From a virus, in the IMG/VR virus record IMGVR_UViG_3300031949_000008, positions 46,228 through 110,227 of that record: a DNA stretch of 64,000 nucleotides. The stretch is one strand, 5' to 3'. Both the position numbers and the translations under genes were made by a program. The stretch's first letter is position 1, and the number at the start of each line of letters is the position of its first letter. Shown here piece after piece: positions 28,681 to 38,191 of this stretch. Under the pieces are notes generated by a model. It did no database searches. It saw only the letters and a list, made by a program, of their open reading frames with translations, and was not told the DNA's origin.

Positions 28681-29393
28681 TAATTAGCTATCTTCATTAT
28701 ACGTTTTATTTGTATTGGAGAAAAATCTTTATAAGTTTTCCATCTTATTAATGTATCTGCATTTTGCCTATTTTTTTCATGTTGTAATATTGCTTTTATT
28801 TCTTGTGAATATAATGTATCAAATTTTTGTGCTTTTTTATCGTCTTCTAAATAAATAGCTCCTCGTAATGTGGCACCAAATATTACAGCCTCATTATGAA
28901 ATGTAGATATATAATCATATTCTACATCACTTGTCCAATCTGCTGGATTAGCATAATATCTTATTGTTAATGTATATGTTCCATTAGGAATAGGATATAA
29001 ATCAAATTCCATACCTCTATCTATATAATAATCAGGTTCATCTTGTTCACTAGAACCTATTGTAGTCAAATATTTTGTTGTACCATCAGTACTTTGTATA
29101 TCTATATCTGTACCATGAATTGAATCAAATTCATTAGTACGTAATCTTATCAACTTCTTTGTTCCAATAAATAAATTTAAATGTCCTAAATAATCAGCAG
29201 GTAATGCATAGCGGGCTATTCCTGCTGATGTGGTTGCTGTTGCTTCTGTAAATAAGTATGCGAAATCATATTTTGTTGCTATATTTCTACGAGTATCATT
29301 AATCCACGAATTAATAGATGTATCTAAATCAGTACGACCATCTAAATACTCAATAACTCTTGTACGAATTGTACCACGATCTGAGAAAGCCAT
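28680..29393 (-). CDS. Head-tail adaptor / tail tubular protein A
   Basis: RYALPADY, FDLYPIPNGTYTLTIRYY, HNEAVIFGA; position after the capsid genes. Confidence 0.75.
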   Translation of the reverse strand: MAFSDRGTIRTRVIEYLDGRTDLDTSINSWINDTRRNIATKYDFAYLFTEATATTSAGIARYALPADYLGHLNLFIGTKKLIRLRTNEFDSIHGTDIDIQSTDGTTKYLTTIGSSEQDEPDYYIDRGMEFDLYPIPNGTYTLTIRYYANPADWTSDVEYDYISTFHNEAVIFGATLRGAIYLEDDKKAQKFDTLYSQEIKAILQHEKNRQNADTLIRWKTYKDFSPIQIKRIMKIAN

Positions 29394-29474
29394 GTTTATT
29401 CCTCATAAAACGTACTTACCATATGTTAGCGGACAGTAAGTACGTTGAGACAGTCCGCTTGCCTATAGGTCAAG

Positions 29475-30041
29475 TTATGTACTTGTATGCTCCATTTGTT
29501 TATGTTTTCCAATCTCAACTCCACTTTTCCCAATAAATCCACATCCAGGTACTGGGCATGTAAATACCTTTTTAGCCTTTGATGTTTCTACTTGTAACGC
29601 ACTTGAGATATTAAGTTTAGCAAATAGCTGTTCAGCAAAAGCATTCAACTTGGTATCTAATTTACTATCAATAATAGAATCTAAATCTACTACAGGATCA
29701 CTTCTCTTGTCTGGTTGTATATGTGATCTTGCAGCTTGTGCTAAAGGTGATGGTGTATTAATAGTAGCTATTGCTCCAGTAACCATTTCAATAGAAGGAC
29801 GAAAATATTCAGGATGGTTTGCAATCCATTCCTTTTCATCTTCTACTGGTGCAAATCTAATGTTGCAATAGTCATGTTTCAGCATCATCGCAATAATTTC
29901 TGGATCTTCAATTTCTAGACGACCATTCATAAATTCTACTGTACGTCCAGGAATTTGTACTCGTTGTCCATTTGCGTCCAGAATGTAAAATGCTGGTTTA
30001 AGTATTACCCTCAATCGTTTATTTCTTGCCATAAATATCAT
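29475..30041 (-). CDS. Hypothetical protein with C-terminal C2H2 zinc finger
   Basis: FTCPVPGCGF........KHKQMEH. Confidence 0.6.
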   Translation of the reverse strand: MIFMARNKRLRVILKPAFYILDANGQRVQIPGRTVEFMNGRLEIEDPEIIAMMLKHDYCNIRFAPVEDEKEWIANHPEYFRPSIEMVTGAIATINTPSPLAQAARSHIQPDKRSDPVVDLDSIIDSKLDTKLNAFAEQLFAKLNISSALQVETSKAKKVFTCPVPGCGFIGKSGVEIGKHKQMEHTST

Positions 30042-30054
30042 AATATTACTCCTT

Positions 30055-30453
30055 TCAATCGTCTATATCTTCTCTTTTAAGAAGTTTCAAGCGTTTTGAC
30101 AGAGGCATGACATAGGTTTTAGGATCTTTTGCTGTAGATTTATATTGCATAAATTCTATACCTAAATCTGCTTGATCTGTTTTAATTTGTAAATAAGGCA
30201 TTATTAATAATAGAAAATCTGCAGCTGCTTTATCTTTCCATTTTGCTTTATATTTACCATCTGCTCGTTTTCCTATTACTGCACCAAATTTCTGTAAAGC
30301 AGTCATAAGCTTAAAATTTGAAGCAGTTATCCATACAAATAAACAATGTTCATCTACCACTTCTTCAGGAATAATTGTATGAATAATATTAATACTACCT
30401 ATTGTATCAAAAACTCCTGCCGCATAAGCAATATCGCAATCTTTGTACTGCAT
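30055..30453 (-). CDS. Free-standing LAGLIDADG homing endonuclease (possibly degenerate)
   Basis: IAYAAGVFDTIGSI; FLLLIMPYLQIKTDQA. Confidence 0.7.
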   Translation of the reverse strand: MQYKDCDIAYAAGVFDTIGSINIIHTIIPEEVVDEHCLFVWITASNFKLMTALQKFGAVIGKRADGKYKAKWKDKAAADFLLLIMPYLQIKTDQADLGIEFMQYKSTAKDPKTYVMPLSKRLKLLKREDIDD

Positions 30454-30472
30454 AGATTCTCCATTGAATTTT

Positions 30473-30500
30473 ATAGGGGCCGAATCTAATCAGCCCCTAT
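30473..30500 (-). terminator. Hairpin terminator downstream of capsid exon 3
   Basis: ataggggc-cgaatctaatca-gcccctat stem. Confidence 0.5.
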
Positions 30501-30514
30501 AGTTAAAGATTAAA

Positions 30515-31195
30515 CTAGATTAGCCGGTCACTCCTGTGAGCATTCCCATTTTTGTTAATGATATCTAAATTATTGATATCATACTTGGACATTTCTGCCA
30601 AGTTCTGCATATTCAAATTATATGCAGATCGGACTGTAGCATCATCCTCTTTAATAGGAGCCTCTCGCTCAGTCTCTACGCCTGACTTCTGTCTTGGCTC
30701 GGAATTATCATCGCAGACTTTTCCCGATTTCAGAGAGGTTTTACAAGAGAAATTACTTTCTCCAGGCACGCTTTTTAAACCTGACAGTTTCTCTTTATAA
30801 TATTCACGAACTAATATATCGGCTTTTGTCATTCCTCTAATATAAGCATGACAAACTTTTTCTTGATATTCAATTGCTATTAAAGCTTGTTCATACTTTT
30901 CTTTTAGCCAAGGAAGAATAGTTTGTAAGAATTGTTTTGCATTTTCTCGTTCCACTACATAAACAAATAGTTCACGATAACCATGTTCTTTATTTTTCTT
31001 ACAACTAGTTCTTGTAACAAAACCAATATTAATAGTGTCTTTTATCCATTGCAAAAGTTTTCTATTAGCCATAGTAATTTGTATACGTAAGTAATAATGA
31101 ACTTTACCAGTTTTAGCTCGTTTATTACGAACAATATATACACATCCTTCACTATCAAAAACTCCAGCAATATAAGATAAATCTTCTTTATTCAT
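30515..31195 (-). CDS. Intron-encoded LAGLIDADG homing endonuclease
   Basis: LSYIAGVFDSEGCV; FLQTILPWLKEKYEQA; the frame runs on through the ribozyme core. Confidence 0.85.
   Translation of the reverse strand: MNKEDLSYIAGVFDSEGCVYIVRNKRAKTGKVHYYLRIQITMANRKLLQWIKDTINIGFVTRTSCKKNKEHGYRELFVYVVERENAKQFLQTILPWLKEKYEQALIAIEYQEKVCHAYIRGMTKADILVREYYKEKLSGLKSVPGESNFSCKTSLKSGKVCDDNSEPRQKSGVETEREAPIKEDDATVRSAYNLNMQNLAEMSKYDINNLDIINKNGNAHRSDRLI
30520..30546 (-). CDS. Major capsid protein exon 3 (GMLTGVTG*)
   Basis: GGA ATG CTC ACA GGA GTG ACC GGC TAA directly after the intron terminal G at 30547. Confidence 0.75.
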   Translation of the reverse strand, partial: GMLTGVTG

Positions 31196-31227
31196 AAATA
31201 TTATCCAGTTACTCCGGTCAATAAGGC
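30547..31227 (-). mobile_element. Group I intron 2 in the major capsid gene
   Basis: R-like GTAGAGACTGAGC and S-like GATGCTACAGTCC elements; P9 hairpins; ends ...TAACAAAAATG; exon GCAU|GC can pair with GCGUGC (30766-30771), giving the U-G splice pair. Confidence 0.8.
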
Positions 31228-32280
31228 ATGCTTCTCTTCATTATGGAACTCAAAGCCGATTTCGCAAATATACTGATCTTTTACGAAATCGTCTCCTGGA
31301 TGCTGAATATCAGCTTCCATCGTTACGTCTCTATTCTGAAGATAGCGATAAACCATCTCGTCGAGTTTCAACGCAAACGCATAGCCACCATACAAAGAAG
31401 TATTCGACACAGAACCAGCGTTTTCTAGCATATAGTCCTTGATCAAATTCAAGGTTCCATGAGGAGAGAGATACTGAGCAATTGCAATTCCGTAGGTTTT
31501 ATCCTTGGAATACATCTGCAATTTGCCCTGCGCCCATTGACTAATTACGGATATGATAAGAGGAGAAGCCAATAAATACACTTCGTCTCCACCAAATCTC
31601 GTCACTGTCCTAATGAAAGCCTCAAAATCGGATTCAGTAAGAATTCCGCCAACTGCTGTCACGTTTGTGCTGATAAAATAATCAGCTCCACCTGACGTTC
31701 GCCGTGCGTGAGAGATAGTTGCATCTAACCCACTCGACGTGTCTTCTAACCGCTCGCCATATAAAGCCATACGCTCGATGTCTCGCATTAACTCAATACC
31801 CTTTACCTTCCGCTCATACGCACGATAATTTCCGCCGTACAATTCAGAATTTAACATCGAATTAGTCACCTCAACGGATTTTCTAATAGTCTGTAGATAA
31901 TTGAAAACACGAGCAGCTTTGCGACTCTTGGACACTAATGCAGTAGAAGCAGAACCTTCCTCAAATGCCGCACCGATGATCACCATAGTAGAAGAATTTG
32001 CTGCACTAGCTGCAGTTGTTGCGCCATACGCTCTAATAGCCGTAACCGCACATGCTGCAGTTGCTGTAATAAGAATAACTTCACCAGTAGCAGGAATCTT
32101 AACGAGATCATACTTGTTAAAGTAGTTACCTTCGTTAGTTGCCACAGTAAAATTAGTCGCAGCAGATGTAGCAGAAGCTGCCAAAGATGACCAAGATGGA
32201 TTTAAGTCGTTTTCAGGCCATTCGATTGTAGTATTAATAGCAACTCGTTTATTAAGACGAGAAACTAGAACATACAAAGG
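31201..32280 (-). CDS. Major capsid protein (SU10/DUF5309-like), exon 2 (31228-32280) plus the unspliced C-terminus
   Basis: EWPEND, NYLQTIRKSVEVT, ELMRDIERMALYG, R.SGG...I.TN, E.GFE..NE..H; the true N-terminus is exon 1 at 33031-33138. Confidence 0.9.
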   Translation of the reverse strand, partial: PLYVLVSRLNKRVAINTTIEWPENDLNPSWSSLAASATSAATNFTVATNEGNYFNKYDLVKIPATGEVILITATAACAVTAIRAYGATTAASAANSSTMVIIGAAFEEGSASTALVSKSRKAARVFNYLQTIRKSVEVTNSMLNSELYGGNYRAYERKVKGIELMRDIERMALYGERLEDTSSGLDATISHARRTSGGADYFISTNVTAVGGILTESDFEAFIRTVTRFGGDEVYLLASPLIISVISQWAQGKLQMYSKDKTYGIAIAQYLSPHGTLNLIKDYMLENAGSVSNTSLYGGYAFALKLDEMVYRYLQNRDVTMEADIQHPGDDFVKDQYICEIGFEFHNEEKHALLTGVTG

Positions 32281-33030
32281 CAATCTGTTACTTTAAGACC
32301 TATTTCTAGGCGGATAGTTATTTCTAACTATCTCTACATATCACTATGTAGTTCGGACTATATCATCAACGAAGTATTAAAACTTTGTTGGCTTCCCGTA
32401 TAGTCTCTGAGGGAGATGGTGGATTATGTTTTAAATCTAGTAATTCTTGAATTAACTTATTAAGTATTTCATCTTGATCAAGTGGTTTCCAATCAGGATC
32501 AACATTCCATCCCGTCCATCGTGATCCTTGAATCTTTTTAAAACCACCTTTATAACCAAGACTATCTCTATATTCAATTAATTCTAAGAACTTATGTACT
32601 TGATCTCGCTTATTGTAAATGTAAGGTAAAATTCCTAAAAGAACTTTCTTACAATTTCCTTTTCCTTGTACTACAATTGAGATTGCCCATTTTCTATTAG
32701 GTCTATTATCTTTATAAGTTCTATAATAAAACCCAATCTTATTTTCTTTATAAATTATACTAACTTTCTCAATCATACGAGGATCAGTATTATCAATTTT
32801 AATTCTACAATAAAAGCCCTTGGTTACTAATAATTCACCAGTTTTTTTACTTAGATTCTTTCTGGTACACCAATTAGCTTCTAATGATCCTTCTCCATCA
32901 ATAATACCTGCGAGCCAAGACCACCTTATCTTCCTGCTGATTGTCTCTTCGTCCATACTTTATTCCTCCTTGGGAAATGGATATGAGATATTCCAGCATC
33001 AGGGATGCTTTATAGCCACCCATTTTACTA
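32281..33030 (-). mobile_element. Group I intron 1 in the major capsid gene
   Basis: P1 AGCCGCU pairs with GGUGGCU with U-G at the splice site; canonical R TCAGAGACTATA and S GATGATATAGTCC; terminal ...AACAGATTG; splicing gives LLQPEAA|PLYVLV in frame. Confidence 0.92.
32366..32956 (-). CDS. Intron-encoded LAGLIDADG homing endonuclease
   Basis: WLAGIIDGEGSL; ILPYIYNKRDQ. Confidence 0.9.
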   Translation of the reverse strand: MDEETISRKIRWSWLAGIIDGEGSLEANWCTRKNLSKKTGELLVTKGFYCRIKIDNTDPRMIEKVSIIYKENKIGFYYRTYKDNRPNRKWAISIVVQGKGNCKKVLLGILPYIYNKRDQVHKFLELIEYRDSLGYKGGFKKIQGSRWTGWNVDPDWKPLDQDEILNKLIQELLDLKHNPPSPSETIREANKVLILR

Positions 33031-33138
33031 AGCGGCTTCTGGCTGTAAAAGATAAATTTTATCAGCCATGTCAACGACTCTCAAGTTCGACAATATATTC
33101 TGAGAACCAGTTGCATTCGTTACCATTGTAGCTGCCAT
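33031..33138 (-). CDS. Major capsid protein exon 1 (36 codons)
   Basis: MAATMVTNATGSQNILSNLRVVDMADKIYLLQPEAA after a GGGGTG RBS, followed by TAG (the first intron bases). Confidence 0.88.
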
Positions 33139-33179
33139 ATTTTTATTTCACCCCTTTCTTTTTTAAGTATTTTCTGGCC

Positions 33180-34172
33180 TTACCTTTTTGCTGCTGCTAA
33201 ATCAAGCCCATGCAAGAAATTAGTAGAAGGAGGTCCAGATGCCATCATCTCTGCAAACATTTTTTCCTCTTCAGTCATTGGTTTATCTGTTGCAGTTGGT
33301 GTCTGCCGATCAGCCGGACTTATAGGAGTTGTCTGAGATGCTGTTAGTGTACCCGAAAGCGATCTTCGTTTTTTAATCTTCTCTGCAATCCTTTGTTCAA
33401 GTTTTGTAAGAATCTCTTCTTCTGATAATGATGGAGCTGGTACTGGATTCGTAGTAGAAAGATTTAATTCTTTCTTCATAGTATCCAACATTGCAGCTTT
33501 TCTAGCTTTGGCTTCATCGTAAACACGAGGAAGAGAAGCTATTGTATCATTAACCTTTGGATTTTCTGCAACAATTTGACGCATTAAAGGACGTAGTTCT
33601 TCAAAGTCAGAATGATCTGCTCTAAATTTTTCTATATATTCTTTAACCGATCTACTATTGTCATATTCTACAAATGCTTGTGGAAGCACTTGCTTCAAAA
33701 TGGCATGAACGAGAGGTGGAACCATTTTTACAATGGATTCTTTTGGTCGTTCAATAATAGCCTGATCATCCACCTCATCTAATGGATTAGATGGAGTTAC
33801 TATTGTTGCATCTGTCGGAGATGTCTGAGATTTCTTTAAAAGTTCTTGAACAATAATATTCAAAGAGGCCAATTTATCATTGGCAGCCTTTAAAGAAGAT
33901 TCTAAGTCCAACGACTTAGGCGAAGATGTTACAACCTGCGTAGATTCAGGTACTACAACAGGAGGTGCCACAATTGCAGGAACTATTGGTGTAGTTACTG
34001 CAGGTGGCAGGTTCACCGGCTCTACAGTCGGGGTGGCTGGCACAGTAGTCGGAACTAAAGCTGCTTCAGCAGCTGTGTCCTCAAACAGAGCCTGCAAATC
34101 TGCGTCGGAAATACCAAAATTACTATTTAATGTGTCATTAACTATCTGATCTAATGATTTCTTTTCAGCCAT
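33180..34172 (-). CDS. Capsid scaffolding protein
   Basis: Pro/Thr-rich N-terminus, helical acidic body, directly upstream of the capsid gene. Confidence 0.65.
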   Translation of the reverse strand: MAEKKSLDQIVNDTLNSNFGISDADLQALFEDTAAEAALVPTTVPATPTVEPVNLPPAVTTPIVPAIVAPPVVVPESTQVVTSSPKSLDLESSLKAANDKLASLNIIVQELLKKSQTSPTDATIVTPSNPLDEVDDQAIIERPKESIVKMVPPLVHAILKQVLPQAFVEYDNSRSVKEYIEKFRADHSDFEELRPLMRQIVAENPKVNDTIASLPRVYDEAKARKAAMLDTMKKELNLSTTNPVPAPSLSEEEILTKLEQRIAEKIKKRRSLSGTLTASQTTPISPADRQTPTATDKPMTEEEKMFAEMMASGPPSTNFLHGLDLAAAKR

Positions 34173-34191
34173 TTAATTTTCTCCTTTCATT

Positions 34192-34530
34192 CTATGCACT
34201 CTTCTTGAGTGTTTTAAATGCTTTATCTCCTTCATCAATGCGATTCTTGATGAAATTTAAGAGAGTAAAAAGTGATTTTTGTTCTGCTCTAATATCGGCT
34301 AATTGATCATTAGGAGCTTCTAAATATCTCTCCTGAGAGATCTGTCTATTAATATGTTTCTCCATAAGATCTTTCCAGCCTGGAGAATCTTTCATAGATA
34401 AATACATTGCTCCGACTTCAGCAGCTTTCCGTAATTTTACTTCTTCTTCTGTAGTAATCTCTTTATGCACAGAAGATTCTAACAATAATTCCTTACGATC
34501 CATTGTCACCTCCGTAATTAAAATTCCCAT
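34192..34530 (-). CDS. Small head-assembly-region protein
   Basis: SPGWKDL helical protein typical of the portal-scaffold interval. Confidence 0.5.
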   Translation of the reverse strand: MGILITEVTMDRKELLLESSVHKEITTEEEVKLRKAAEVGAMYLSMKDSPGWKDLMEKHINRQISQERYLEAPNDQLADIRAEQKSLFTLLNFIKNRIDEGDKAFKTLKKSA

Positions 34531-35957
34531 TTACGACCAAGTTGATTAACTTCTGTTGGGCGTGGTATATCTTCTAAATATGTACTTAATTTGTCAGATT
34601 CAGTGGACATCATACCTCCACCTTTTTTAGAAGTAATTGTGCCGCCACGTCCTGGTTTTTGTATATATTTACCTATTTCTTCTTTTATAATATCTTGTAT
34701 TTCTTTAGATTTTGCAATATCTTTTTGTTTCTCAATAGTTTTACGTCCAGGTGATGCTGTTTTAAGTAATTTAACTTTGCCTTCTTCTAAAGGATTCAAT
34801 ACATTATTCCATAATTTAGATATAATTTTAGGAGCATCTTCAGAACCAAATTCGGCAAATAATAACATTTCTTGTTTTGGAATCAATGCTCTTAATCCTT
34901 CATGAACATGTTGTGCTACAAATTCTAAATCTAAAGCAGCTGAAGGATCTTTAGGATCTTTTATATTACTTAATAATGTAGTAGCCTGTTTTTTATATGA
35001 GCTCTCAGGTAAATTTTTTACTCTAGTTTTTAATTCGTTATAAAATTTTACTCTTGCAAAAGGATTTTCTTCAATTTTTGATCTTAAAGGATGAAATTCT
35101 GATGTTAAATTCATCATATCTGTATATGTCTGTTGTAATATTTCTGAAGTTTTAGGAACTTTAGTTTTAGTTAATTTTGTACTTTCTTTAAGTGGAACAT
35201 AATTACTTTTAGCAGGTTCGCTCTGTAACAATTTCCACATTCTATCTTTAGCTTCTGAAGTAAATGGAATTTTACTTTGAGGAAGTGATATACCTAATTT
35301 ATTTCCTACATGTTCAGCCATTAAATTCTCAATTAATCTGGCTCCAAAATCTTGCCTCAGTATATAAGGAGATACTCCAACTTTTGTAAGAGCTGCTTCT
35401 GTTCCTATTGGAGATTTGGCATATAGTACATTTAAAAGATTATTAACTTCTGGATCAAGTGATTGTAATCCATGTGCTCCTTCATGAATAACCGCAGTAG
35501 GATCAGGTCTATATAATTGTGCTGTTCCTAATGGACGCATTTGAGATGGCTCAAGATATTCAGCAATAGTTAATGGTGATTTTGGTATAGGTTTCATTAC
35601 ATTCACTGGCATCTTTGCTGTAACTGCACTCATACGTGGAGAAAGTTCCTCTGCTGTTGCTCCAACCTTTTTTATCGTATCAAGCATTTTTAATAATTGT
35701 GGGGATGTTTGAGATGATGTATTATAGATAAATCCAGACGGTCCACCAATCATACCTGTAGGATCAAGAAGATTTAACAATGATCCTAATGCAGATGGTC
35801 CTGTTCCTATATTAGGAAATTTTATTTCTTTACCTCTATATGATTCTATCATTTCAGGTGTAAACATGTTTAACAGAGAAAAATCACGCAGATTTTGTAT
35901 ATCTGCTTCTCTCTGTTGAGACATACTTTCTCCAATTTGACCACCTAAAATTGCCAT
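34518..35957 (-). CDS. Hypothetical virion protein with HExxH motif
   Basis: TAVIHEGAHGLQ; Gly-rich N-terminus. Confidence 0.45.
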   Translation of the reverse strand: MAILGGQIGESMSQQREADIQNLRDFSLLNMFTPEMIESYRGKEIKFPNIGTGPSALGSLLNLLDPTGMIGGPSGFIYNTSSQTSPQLLKMLDTIKKVGATAEELSPRMSAVTAKMPVNVMKPIPKSPLTIAEYLEPSQMRPLGTAQLYRPDPTAVIHEGAHGLQSLDPEVNNLLNVLYAKSPIGTEAALTKVGVSPYILRQDFGARLIENLMAEHVGNKLGISLPQSKIPFTSEAKDRMWKLLQSEPAKSNYVPLKESTKLTKTKVPKTSEILQQTYTDMMNLTSEFHPLRSKIEENPFARVKFYNELKTRVKNLPESSYKKQATTLLSNIKDPKDPSAALDLEFVAQHVHEGLRALIPKQEMLLFAEFGSEDAPKIISKLWNNVLNPLEEGKVKLLKTASPGRKTIEKQKDIAKSKEIQDIIKEEIGKYIQKPGRGGTITSKKGGGMMSTESDKLSTYLEDIPRPTEVNQLGRKWEF

Positions 35958-36394
35958 TATTCTGTTACCTCTAAATATTTTATTGCATTACCTAAAATTT
36001 CTTTATTATCACCAGCATTGCCTAATATTAAATTACACTGATTACATAATAATCCTCTTACTTTATTAGTTTTATGATCATGATCTACACATAACATATC
36101 ATAGATTTTACCGCATATAGCACATTTATTTTCTTGTTGTAAAAATAATTGTTTATATTGATCTTCTGTTAATCCATATTTATAACAATTTCTACGTATT
36201 CTTAATTTATCTTTATTACGTACTTTATAGACTTTATCCCATATTTTAGCTTTATCAGGATTATTCTTTTTATACTTTGCATTTCGCTTTAAAATTATAT
36301 CTTTATTTATATTATAATAAGTTTTGCCTTGTTGTAAGAGGTTTTCTTTATGTTTAAGATAATATTGTCTACGATATTCTTTAGACTGTGACAT
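35957..36394 (-). CDS. Endonuclease VII-type HNH homing endonuclease
   Basis: YGLT...QENKCAIC...VDHDH.TNKVRGLLCNQCN..LG; likely start MSQSKEY at 36394. Confidence 0.85.
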   Translation of the reverse strand: MSQSKEYRRQYYLKHKENLLQQGKTYYNINKDIILKRNAKYKKNNPDKAKIWDKVYKVRNKDKLRIRRNCYKYGLTEDQYKQLFLQQENKCAICGKIYDMLCVDHDHKTNKVRGLLCNQCNLILGNAGDNKEILGNAIKYLEVTE

Positions 36395-36395
36395 A

Positions 36396-38189
36396 TTATT
36401 CTCCACTAACTCCAGGCATAGTTCCAGTTGTTGGCCGTGGGCCTCCAGTAGCTCTTGATAGCAGACCACCTCCTGCAGCCCGTGCTAATTCTTGCATTTG
36501 TGTTTGTGGACTGATCACTGGCTGTCCTGGTGGGGCGACAGGTGGTGGACCACCTTTACCACCTGGTGCTTCTTGACCAGTTTGTGCCATCATGGCTTGT
36601 TGCTGTTGCTGCATTGCCATTGCTTGCTCAGGTTTTAATAATCTTCCGATATTTCTAATATCCAATACATCAAGAACCATTTTTCGTAATTCAACTTGAT
36701 CCATATAAGGATCTTGATTGAACATTTTATAAGCTTGCATAATCTGCTGAATTCTAACTTCCTTAATAGCAGTAGTTGAAGAGCCCATGGGCTGAAAGTT
36801 ATATTGTTTCAGCATCTCATTAATATCTTGCTGATAAAAAGACATACCATTATATCTCTGAAACTCTTCAATTCCAACAATTTTAGCAAATTCTTCAGGT
36901 GGTAAGAAATGATAATCTAACCATACAAACATTTTTGCAATACTGCGTAGAACAGTAAACTCTAACATCTTAATAATTGTATCAAATCTAATATTTGATG
37001 CTTGTTGTAATCTTATAATTCCTGTAGCAGTTTCTCTACGTTCAGGTGGTTCTCCTTTTGAATATGAATACTCGCCTGTGGCAGTATCCATATCTCGTTT
37101 TATAATATCTTCTTCCATATATGCAGATTTAGTAACATCACGAGTATCTAATGGTTTAATAGCATTAACATCATTAGATAAAATAACATTACCTGGGTAA
37201 GATATCATGTTATCAAAATCTATATCAGCATATTTGTTAGCAATCCACATACGGTTAATAATCAAGTTCACATTATCCATACGCTGATTTCTAACGCTAT
37301 TTAACTCTTCTTGTAGATTTTCAGCTACTTCAGGAATTCCTATACCATACAGTTCATGTTGTACTGGAATATATCTTGCCATAATAAAAGGAAGCAATCC
37401 CTGAAATGGATTATCTTCTATTTTTAATACAAAATTCTTAGCACCAATTACAATTATTTTATCTCTATCCCAATATTCTAATACTTCTACAATATTTCTA
37501 TTATTATCAAATCCATACTCATCCAAAATACCGACACTGGATAAACGATCTTTCTTAAACTGATCTACATTTGCCATTGATTCAGTATGATTAAGTAACT
37601 CTGGAACATTGGTATAAAAGCCCTGCTCATATAATCTCTGTAATTCGTCATAATCCATATATGCCAATTGGATTATATGCTTCATTCTACGAACAGATTT
37701 AGCTCTATAATCAGGAAAAACATTAAATAAATCCAATGGTTCAATATCAATATAATTAAAACTTACAAGTTCATCATCACTAAACTTTGGAATTATCTTA
37801 GCAAAAGATGTACCATAAATAGCAGTTTCCTTAAAAAATTCAAGTATCTTACTGAATAACTCTAACTGTTCTTCATCTAATTGATATTCTAATAATCTTT
37901 CCAATAATATAGCCATTCCTTCTGCTGCACTTTTACGAGATATAACAGAAAGAATAGGTCGAGTATTGAATATCGTGCCTAACATTTTTGGAACGACTGA
38001 TTCTACGATTGAGAAAATATATGGAACAAAAATATTAGATTTAAATGGAGTTGTAGTTACATCACGCCAGCTTCTGTAAAGTTTATAAAATCTTTTCCAG
38101 CGATCTTCATAAGGTGTACGCCATCGCTTGGAAGCTTCATAAAGATTTGTCACAAAGAGAGCGGGATTTTCTTCTCTTGATACGATCAT
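36396..38189 (-). CDS. Portal protein
   Basis: 597 aa; YGIGIPEVAENLQEELNSVRNQRMDN, RRETATG, Gln/Pro-rich tail; follows the terminase. Confidence 0.9.
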   Translation of the reverse strand: MIVSREENPALFVTNLYEASKRWRTPYEDRWKRFYKLYRSWRDVTTTPFKSNIFVPYIFSIVESVVPKMLGTIFNTRPILSVISRKSAAEGMAILLERLLEYQLDEEQLELFSKILEFFKETAIYGTSFAKIIPKFSDDELVSFNYIDIEPLDLFNVFPDYRAKSVRRMKHIIQLAYMDYDELQRLYEQGFYTNVPELLNHTESMANVDQFKKDRLSSVGILDEYGFDNNRNIVEVLEYWDRDKIIVIGAKNFVLKIEDNPFQGLLPFIMARYIPVQHELYGIGIPEVAENLQEELNSVRNQRMDNVNLIINRMWIANKYADIDFDNMISYPGNVILSNDVNAIKPLDTRDVTKSAYMEEDIIKRDMDTATGEYSYSKGEPPERRETATGIIRLQQASNIRFDTIIKMLEFTVLRSIAKMFVWLDYHFLPPEEFAKIVGIEEFQRYNGMSFYQQDINEMLKQYNFQPMGSSTTAIKEVRIQQIMQAYKMFNQDPYMDQVELRKMVLDVLDIRNIGRLLKPEQAMAMQQQQQAMMAQTGQEAPGGKGGPPPVAPPGQPVISPQTQMQELARAAGGGLLSRATGGPRPTTGTMPGVSGE

Positions 38190-38191
38190 AT

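Noticed and set aside
31201-32283. TTG start at 32283 for the capsid protein
   Set aside because: The TTG is the intron's last three bases and has no RBS; the real start is ATG at 33138
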